Positions 47,301 through 64,000 of a stretch of 64,000 nucleotides of DNA are shown piece after piece. The position numbers were made by a program, and so were the translations under genes. This stretch comes from the human T2T-CHM13v2.0 reference genome, Homo sapiens. The stretch lies in the NCBI RefSeq assembly GCF_009914755.1, contig NC_060936.1, one strand, 5' to 3'. The notes below the pieces were generated by a model that saw only the letters and a program-made list of their open reading frames with translations, did no database searches and was not told the DNA's origin. Each line of letters opens with the position of its first letter. The first letter of the stretch is position 1.

Positions 47301-50300
47301 AAGTATGTGCCACAAAACATACTACATAGGAATTTTGTAAAGGAATACTTTTCAAGCACAGGTACATGCAAAGCTGATGATTTCTGACATTGTGAAGACC
47401 AAAATGACTTGTTTTTTGAATGTGGGAAGGATTGGACATGGTGAAGTTTAAAGAATTTTCATAATATGCTTAATAATAAACATGTGCAAACAGAACTTTA
47501 AATAATGCTTAGCGTTAAGAAGAAATATTTTTGAACTGAGCACTGTGTGAACCTGACTGGAGTAACAGCAGATATTCAATAAAGCCTTCATATGTAATGG
47601 TAACTTTAGAAGATTTGGGAAAATGGAATTTGGAAAAAGTTTGAGACATGTGCAAAGTCTAAAGAATCTCTCCAAGAGCTTCCGAATCTCTTAGGAGTTC
47701 CTACACTTTGATTTTTAGGGTAGATCTTAATGAAAGGGCAAAATGAATGAATAAAGTTTTCCTATTTTTAAAGACATTTCACTACATGCACACAGCCACC
47801 CACACATGTTATCTCTATGTAAATGTACAAGTACACATACACACATATGTAGGTGCCTATGTGAATATGCACTAGTCATGTACTTACATATGTGTATGTA
47901 TATGTGAATATACACAAGGTATTTATATGTATTTGTATGATCTCTAAGCCAAACAGATACCCTGAAAGGTAAAAGAAAAATCCAACCTATCGATTCTGTC
48001 GTATGTTAGTATTTTGATTCCCCTTGGCAATTCAAATATCATTTTTCAAGAAACATTTTCAATTATTTTAAAATAAATTTTCAGCTTTATTACAAAAGTC
48101 TTCTCACACATTGAGGTATACTAAAGTGTAAACACAAATTTTAAAATTTAAATTTGACACAATACCTAAAATCCCCTTCAAATTTTCAGTTCCTCCCTTG
48201 TCTTTGCAGTGATACATCCCAGTGTCTTCCTATAGGAAACATTGTTTTGTATAATCACAATTTGCTAAAAGCTTAAAAGATGACGTTTTTAGTGCTCCAT
48301 TTGAGACTACTTTAATTAAATATTTCAACTTGGTATTGAACATTATGGAACTACAATTTAAAGACTTACTGTCAAAAAGTCAAACACCATTTTAGGACAT
48401 TTAGTCTGATTTTAAATATATCTTTTGAAAAGCTCGAAAAGTTCTAAAATCCAGTTTATGATGAACAACAGACAGAGAAGTTATGTACTGCAATGCTCAA
48501 GTGGTTTTTAGCATGCAGTATCAACTGTAACAAAAGTTTGTATTTCAGTAACTGTCAGTGTATAAATATAACTATAGCTTTTACTTTGATTTCAGAATAT
48601 CACACAATTTTGGATATAATTATAAATTATGTTTGTTCTACAAGCTATTTAAAATTATTTCAAATTATTGGTTACTCAATTAAGGTCTTTTTTTAACCAA
48701 AAAAAAGCTTTGTCCCATCAATTTTAATGTTTATTATAATAATTTGATCTTCAATATTGAACTTTTTAAAGTGAAGTTTTGCAGTAACTTCTTTTCAAGT
48801 AATTTCTGATGCTTCAAAACGAATTTCCAACAAAACAGAATTTTATCACACAAAATTTTCTATGAAAAATTCAAGCCACTCTTGCATCTTATACAATTCA
48901 TTTTCTCTTTGGAGAATCTGATGGTACCAATATAAAAATTGGTTATTTATATGTTTTCAAATTTCCTCCTTGGTTAATGAGGCCAACACATTAACAGTCA
49001 TTGTTTCATGCTTTGTATGTGCAGAGGAAAACTTAGAATTAAAAATGAATGAATATAATTTTTAAAAAGGGTCTCTGTTTAAATAAAATATGTAGTTTCA
49101 TAGAGCATTATTGTAAATGCACCTTCTGCTTCTGCATACGTATAATATCTCTTTGGGGAGAGCCAGTTTCTTAAATTAACTACTAACTTTTGAAATAAAT
49201 GCTAATACTTCTTCAGAAAATTTGTTTCTTCTGATTTCTTGCAGTCAGTGATACTTCGACTTTGATAGGATACAGAGTTTCCTATTGTGAATGAAATCAA
49301 CTTCCTTTTAAAAAGAGACATTTAGTACATGTTTTATAATTAAATATGAACTTTTGTTCTTAGTTCACTGATGAAGAATGCAGTTATAAGAATAATATAA
49401 ATATTTTTGTATTTACACCACAGTAGGTACACAAAGCACAAAGAGTACTTTCCTCAGATTAACTCCCACTATGCCTTGGAGTTTTTGTTTTTATTTTTTG
49501 AGGGCATAAATCTGAACTGTTCTAGGAAATCCAGAATCCATGCTCACCTTAGAATCAGCAACACGAGTCCTTCAACTCAGTCTGTTCTCTATTTAAATTC
49601 TATCTGTCTGAAAATTTCAGAACACATTCTGAATTGATGAGGATTTCGGAAGACAGCGCCCTTAAAAAAAAAGATGTAGCAGAGAGTGCAATGATATTGG
49701 ATGTATTTGAAATATGAAGATGTATTTATTTATTTTACATTTTTGAGCACAACTAACTATAAGAGAGTTTTTTTATCTTGAAGAATATCAGAAAGAAAAG
49801 TATACGAAAAGGAGCAATTGCAACAACTTAGCTTATTTCTTTTCACCAAGTTCCTTTTTCTCCTCTTTCCTTTGTATCAATTGTTTAAATCTTAGATTCT
49901 ACATCAGTTTTAATTTATTTGTCTGTCCGGACTTTCATTTTAGCCCAGTAACTCTCACTCAGTTAATTAGCAGAGAAAATAAAACTTAGGTGTTTATTCA
50001 ACTGCTCAAGGGATTCTCTAGGTTCTTTAATAGCAAGTACACCTTCATTAGTATTTATTTCAGGTATAGGGGAGACAAAATCTATACAGATTTTGGAAAG
50101 CAAATTACAACCAGAATTAAGTGAATAAAATGCCAGTGTTGAAAGGTGCAAACATCAACTATAAGATAATATTATTTAAGATATTAGAATCCCCAGTAGC
50201 AGAATAAGAAGAAATATTTAGATAAATGTAAGCAAAAATATTAATGATAATGACCTCTTAATTATGATGAGTGTATAACACTCTCTCCAGGGAAGAGATG

Positions 50301-51793
50301 GCAGTTATCACTTACTAACTCTGTAGCTTAACTGGATAAACTGCTAGAGAATATCCTTTGGAAATAATATGTACTGTCAAGGAGAAGGAGATAATCTCAA
50401 ACTAAGAATGCCCAATAAATTTATGGCACTCTTTTCTATGTTATCACTTTATATATAAAATTATATTCCTATTCACTTTTCTGAATGATAACAAAACATC
50501 TAACTAAAATTATTTCTTTAAGCAAATTTGAATGAAAAACTCAGCCAAGTTTAACTTTATTGGTATTACCTGCCCATAGCTTTGTTACCCTAAATCTTTT
50601 GATTTATTTAATCATTGTTAGTTTCTACATTCACAGCTAAGAAGATATCAAATGCTGTAAAACCACCACACTTGCAGGTAGGGTACCTGGAATTCTTGAT
50701 CCAAATTAATTTAAAAAGTACACATGTCAATCAGTCATATTTTTATTCACACAAATACTAGTACATTCCACCAATAATTTTTCCAAATAGAGAACAATAA
50801 GTTATGTCAAGATTTCTAGCAGTTTGTTGATCTCAGCAAAAGCTCTTTAATTTTTTTCTTTGACTGTAAACAATAAGAAATGTTCAGGGTCATTATATAA
50901 AATGAGGTTGTTTTCTTGCTGGAGAAAAGCCTTTCTGGGAATCAAGGTTAGAGTTAGGTAGGAACAGAGAAATGTAATTTTACAGAATTCTATTATCCCT
51001 TTGACATATAGGGGGAAAATATACTGCAAATGATTTCCTGAAAAATAGAGAATATATGCATCACAAGATTTTATTTTGAAAAATATCTTTGTTCAGCTTG
51101 AGACCAGTGTTCCCAAGAAACATCAATGCCAAATATACTGTCAGAGTTTTTCACTTCACATAGGTGTCTGCTAGGAATATGAAAAGGAAACAAACAAACA
51201 AAACCAGAAAACATGTGGTCCTCACTTTTATTTTATGAAATAGCTTATCATGGAAGAGTTTTCATTATTTTTCATAGATAAAGCTAAGTGGTAAGCACTC
51301 ATTAAAAATTTAATTAACTAAGAAACATTATTCCACCATTATATATAACCACTCATTAAAGGGTTTTAGTAAGTATAATTAGAAGACGGTTGCATGAAAG
51401 TAAGTTTACCACTCAAAACATGTTTTATAAAAATAGTTAGTGTCAATAGCAGAATGAGCTATTTATTGTTACTCAGAACGTACTCCTGGTAATGGAGAAT
51501 TGTTAACCCAAACCCAAACCAAAACCAAAACCTAAATTGAATTCTACTAGGAAATGGCATTATGTTGACTGAGGTTCATCACATATCTGCAACTGTCTCT
51601 TCCATTTCCTCTATATTCTTTAGATTTATAAGTAAATCAAAATTATGCTAAACAGGAGATAAAATATTAATGCGAAGTAGCCTTTTGTTGAAGTAGTAAT
51701 TCTTACATAAAAATAGGATTGACAACTGACAGATAAGTGTCATTGGTATTGAATCCCTAATCTTTATTTATCAGACATAAATTAAAACATTCT

Positions 51794-57988
<6,195 letters not shown>

Positions 57989-58086
57989 AAATTAAAACAT
58001 TCCACCAGTACATGCCAGTAAGATGCTATGTAATTATCAGGAGAATCACACTGAAGTATTTGTAACAATTATAAATTACAGAATAC

Positions 58087-58117
58087 CACACAACACACAC
58101 ACACACACACACACACA
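58087..58117. repeat. (CA)n microsatellite
   Basis: Directly visible. Confidence 0.95.
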
Positions 58118-58585
58118 TTTTGTTACAAAAAATATTTTTTGAGACTGTGTTTTTGTGCAAAGTATTGAAAATCTCTGCTTAGAAGGTCTTCCCATAGTCA
58201 AACTTCCTGTTTGATACAATCAATTTGATACATTATCTTGATCACACAAAATATTTCTCACCTTTTTCTTGTTAAATCTAGTGTCCATAGACTGGGAAAT
58301 ATTTCTGTAATTTAGGATTCATGATGTATAATTTTAGAATGTGTTATGGCTTTTTCCCTCACTTTCAAATCTGATAGCAATTTATATGAACTAAATGTAG
58401 ATGGTGCTTAAACTGTAATCATCATGATCATTACAATTGTAGTCGGGATCTGTATAGGAAATACACTAAGGTTCTATTAATTTGTGTATTTATGGAAACA
58501 CAACGTAATGTGAACTAGAACCCATTTGATTGCTCTGAAATGTGGACATTTTAAGAATTTATCATTATCAAAATTATCAGCAGTT

Positions 58586-58680
58586 CCTAAGGGTCAGTTC
58601 TGACAGAAACATAATATGTATTTAGATCAAGCTCCCAAGGGTTAGTTCAGACAGAAACATAAGATATATTTAGATCAAGC
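58586..58680. repeat. Diverged tandem duplication, 48-bp period, two copies
   Basis: cctaagggtcagttctgacagaaacataatatgtatttagatcaagc vs cccaagggttagttcagacagaaacataagatatatttagatcaagc. Confidence 0.92.
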
Positions 58681-59495
58681 CATGGAGCAGGTGATGTGTT
58701 CTGCTATACTGTAATCCCTTTATACATTCAAAGCATACAAGCTGGCAGGGCAGGATTTACTTGAGTTTCACTTTACACTTAGCTTTCCCACTCAGTAGCA
58801 TTAAGGTGAAATCTCCCAAAAGATAACAGGCTAAGATGAGCTCATCTAAATGCAACCCAGTCATTCAGGTTTAGATAACAGCCACTGCCAAGATAATTTA
58901 TGGTTTTCAACATTTGTTAGCATTGGTGACAAACCAGAACCTAGCAACTGTATTAAGTTATGAGCTGACACAAGTGCAAAGTAATTTGCAAAGGGCTGAA
59001 AAAGAGAGTCACTAAGAACTTTAATAATGAAAGTTTTATTTGAACTTTACCATAACCCTAGCTCACAGAAGTCAATTTCTACCCTCAGTTTCAAAAGACA
59101 AAGATTAATTGACCCTCGTTATCTGAGTGTTCTTTGATTAGAAATGTGCTTTTCTCACCTATATCTTCCGTCATAGATGGTGGTCGCTCAATAAAAAGAT
59201 GTGCCTTGAACCAATGCTTCCATTTTTCAGAACAGCAATACATGGCTACAGGTTACTGCTTTGGTAATGCTATTAATTTTACTGTCAACATGACTGCAGC
59301 ACTAAGATGTCTCATTACGTGGAAAAAATTGAAACAAACAAACACAACATCTGCCTAGATGCCTCCCCCCACCCAACAAAATATCTGTTGCAGTGACAAA
59401 AAATAAATACAAACTTCTGTTACCATGCATTTTAAAGGAAATGGAGAATAGGAGTTAACCCTTAATAGGACCTCCAAGAAATGTATTGTTGGGTG

Positions 59496-60492
<997 letters not shown>

Positions 60493-61169
60493 GGTGAGAC
60501 CAGAATAAAAGTAACAAGATCCCTAGTATTACTCTGTAACTGAGAAAACTAAAAACTCTTCTACTCTATGGCCCATTATAAAACAAAAGTATGAGAAAAA
60601 ACAGCTATTCAAAGGTTTAAAGACAAACCAAAAATTTCACATCTAATAAAAGCCAATTGATTTATTTATGAAAGCTAGTTAAACATATCATCTGCCTGTG
60701 TGACAGACTTGCTTAAAATTGTAATTCCTGAGGGATCATGGATGAAAGCTTGAACTGAGCCAACACTAAAGTTTTGGCCTTGTGCTGTCATTTGTAATTA
60801 GGATTTTTAAGTTTCTGGTTTCATTTCTTATTGAAGAATGGTTAAATCTCTTAAAATATGTAGCCAAAGAGACTGATTAATTTGTACAAAATATTTACTG
60901 AATGAAAACTAGCCAAGAAGTCCTATTTTAAGCTTACTCTGATTAACATTAGCATTAATCCCTACTTATTTTTAGGGATACCCACATGATAAGCCAACAA
61001 CTAGTTCTGTCTTTTGAAGATCATATGTTTTTGTTTTAAGAAATTAGATGCAGAAGTAATTTTATTTGACATCTAGCTATCCATTATTTAGTCTTTTATT
61101 CATTCCTCTCCAATATTTTGAGTAAAAAATTTCATCCTGTATAATTATACTTGGCAATCAATTCATAAG

Positions 61170-61640
61170 TGTATGAGTTGAATTGATTCTCCCCAAAAAG
61201 ATATGTTGAAGTCTTAACTTCAGAATGTGCTCTTATTTAAAAATAGGATTGTTGCTGGGGTAATTAGTTAAGATGGGGGCATACTGGAGTGAGCTGTTCT
61301 CCTAATTTAATATTCCTAATTTCTATATAAAAATTTGGCCATGTGAAGACATAGAGAGATAGAGAGAACATCATGTAGTGATGGAGGCCGAAGTTGAAAT
61401 TATGCAGCTGCTAGCCAAAAGATGCCAAGTATTGCCAGTGACACCAGAGCCAAGAGAAAATGTGAAACAGGTTTTCCCCTAGAGCCTTTCATAGAGCATA
61501 GCCCTGACAACTACTTGAATTTTCACCTCCAGAACTGTGAGACAGTAAATGTCTACTGGGAAGAAAAGGGTGGGTGTTGGGAGGGCATGGTTTCAGCCAC
61601 TAAGGTTGTTGTACTTTGCCACAATACTTATGAAACATAC
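61170..61640 (+). mobile_element. MLT1B/C MaLR LTR
   Basis: ttgaattgattctccccaaaaagatatgttgaagtc start; cctccagaactgtgagacagtaaat near end. Confidence 0.85.
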
Positions 61641-62013
61641 GAGTTAGGCAAACTTTTGTTTATTATAAGACTATCAAACCTAGATTTTCTTCATGTTTCG
61701 CTTTTCTGTTAGTGTTTCCCCCAAGATTTTTCTGTGGAGTGGGAAAAAAGCGTTGCTAGCTTCCATGAACTATCCCAACAATGTAAGGGCTATGCCATGT
61801 TTTATGGCTAGAGGAACTGCCTGGTTCTTCTAATGCTAAGGCACAAAACCCAAGAACAAAACACAAACTTGAAGAAAACTCTTAATATGTACTGAATATT
61901 TCAGTAACTGACAAATCACCATTAGGGCAGTGTCTAATTGCCCTAAGTGTGCCAAGTAGAAGGATGACACGTGAGGAACCAACACGTGTTATATAAACAG
62001 CTTTAAAAGATTA

Positions 62014-62290
62014 TGCCTGTAATCCCAGCACTTTGGGAGGCCGAGGTGGGCGGCTCACGGGGTCAGGAGATCGAGACCATCCTGGCTAACATGGTGAAAC
62101 CCCGTCTCTACTAAAAATACAAAAAATTAGCCGGGCGCGGTGGCGGGCGCCTGTAGTCCCAGCTACTCAGGAGGCTGAGGCAGGAGAATGGCGTGAACCC
62201 AGGAGGTGGAGCTTGCAGTGAGCCGAGATAGTGCCACTGCAGTCTGGCCTGGGCAAAAGAGTGAGATTCCGTCTCAAAAAAAAAAAAAAA
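62014..62290 (+). mobile_element. AluY, slightly 5'-truncated
   Basis: gagatcgagaccatcctggctaac, gaatggcgtgaaccc, gagcttgcag; TSD aaaagattatgc at 62006-62017 and 62289-62300. Confidence 0.95.
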
Positions 62291-64000
62291 AAGATTATGC
62301 ATGACTCGAATACAGCTCAGAAAAACTAATGAAATAAATAAACTATTCGACTTAATGAAAGCTGAAATTCTATTATATGATTCCATATATAGAGGAAGGC
62401 TAGGTCAAAACAGTTGCATAAAGAGACAGATTGTAGAATGAGATTCAGTGTGAGAATGCAGTCTTACAAATTGGACCAACACAAAAATAGCAGCTAAAAT
62501 ATGGTTCGAATAAAGTATTTCCTGTCATGTTGAACACCAGAACTAGCTAGGATCACAGTGTAATTTTAAACCTTACTGCTGGCTTGCTTTTGAATTACTC
62601 TTACTTCTTAATCCATCTCATGGCTGACATTGAAAATATTCTAAGCTTAACTCTGAAAGGAAACCATTAGCAGATTCAAGTTTTCAGGAGACAAGACCGT
62701 TAGGAAGTCAAAACAACACTCACTACGTTGGGACTAACATTTAATTTTCAGTCAATTTCTCATCACTTATGGGTCACCAAGCCAGTCTTAAATATGGCTA
62801 AGGTTGTATTCTTAACAGGGTCAGAACATCTGAAACATCAAATATCAAGGTAGTTTAATATAATGATACTCTTCTTACTGTGGTTTCATATATTAATTCC
62901 TTCCCCTATCTTGTTATTTAGTTCCTCAACTCCTGAAACTCTATTCTTTGTGGCACAATTTACTTAGACTTTCCATCTTAGGTTTCTTAAACTTCTAACA
63001 GCAGCATCATGATTAACATGAGAGAAAAACGTAAACACACTCTTTTTCTGAATCTATGGCAAACGTTTTACTAGGAACTTTGTAAAGCATCATTTCCTGT
63101 TTCTTACAACTTTAAAGACCCTTTCTTACTCTATCTTTACAGTTATCTCACTTCTCTGGATTTTGCTTGCTTTTCTGATTTAGGAATGTTCTGATAACCT
63201 TACTGCCTCCAACTCTGACCACTTCATTTGTGTAATAGTTCCATTATCTACCACCTCACCTTTGTCTTTTTGCCTCAGTCAGGAGCTTCATTCAAAAGAG
63301 TCTTTCATTGTAATTTGTGAATAATTACTCGAGAAAAGTTCTAGAGTCCAATTAAATTTGACATTAATTGCTTCTAACTCTGTGAGTTGCTAATAATGAA
63401 AATGAGCATCTCAGGGAATAATTGAGATTTCTTAGGATGAAAAGTGATTCAAAGCTCTAAGAGTCACATTATGGTCTTTTGTACAGAGTCAGACACCTTA
63501 TATTATAGAGTAAAAATAAGACATAAAAGCAGAACCAATATCAAATATTGAAAAATTTGATAAAACGATGCACTCTAAATGCAAAAAAAACCTGTCTCTC
63601 TTCAATTTATTATTCAGTTAACATGTATTGCAAGAATGCTATTATAAGTCAAGTACCTTTTTAGTGCTGTAAATTTAAAGAGAAACGTATAAGCTTTGAC
63701 TTTGGTGAGTTTACCATTCTGATACATACAAAACAATAATAAACTCTTAAAGTTAAACTAGTGATCATTCTTACTATAAATATATTAAATATTCAGAATA
63801 CAAAAATATCAAGTGTGGGCAATAATGGAGTTGGACTTACATGGCTGTATGAATCCTCGTACAAAGACAATTATAAAACTAAATTAATTATTATCAAAAT
63901 TAATTATTTTCTGTCCAAGCACAGGCAGAAACCCACAGAGAGCTGACTTTTGAAAAACTGCAGCCAAAAGGAAGAGGGAATGGTAAGAATTGTGTCTGTG

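Noticed and set aside
63841-63957. Possible minus-strand exon (ccttttggctgcag acceptor, CAT/gtaagt donor)
   Set aside because: Closed in all three frames, no channel motif, no partner exon visible; cannot be supported without RNA data

Overview
AT-rich, repeat-dense primate genomic DNA (Alu J/S/Y, L1PA/L1M, ERV1 and MaLR LTRs, MER1B, L2/MIR); the species and locus cannot be fixed from the sequence alone. I found no intact protein-coding gene: the supplied ORFs derive from L1, Alu, LTR or simple repeats, or are chance. The main result comes from hand-translating the non-repeat DNA between ~100 and ~17800 on the minus strand. It gives stop- and frameshift-riddled peptides resembling cyclic-nucleotide-binding-domain (CNG/KCNH/HCN) channel motifs. 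The series S1/S2, C-linker, CNBD recurs four times in the same order and orientation. This is the architecture of the four-repeat sperm K+ channel CNGK (tetraKCNG) of sea urchin and zebrafish, so I propose an ancient unitary CNGK-like pseudogene fragmented by transposons. The call rests on by-eye motif matching against remembered family sequences and needs a frameshift-aware homology search. The rest of the window is retroelement-rich intergenic or intronic DNA, including a full-length L1PA5/6-type element with TSDs and solo LTRs.
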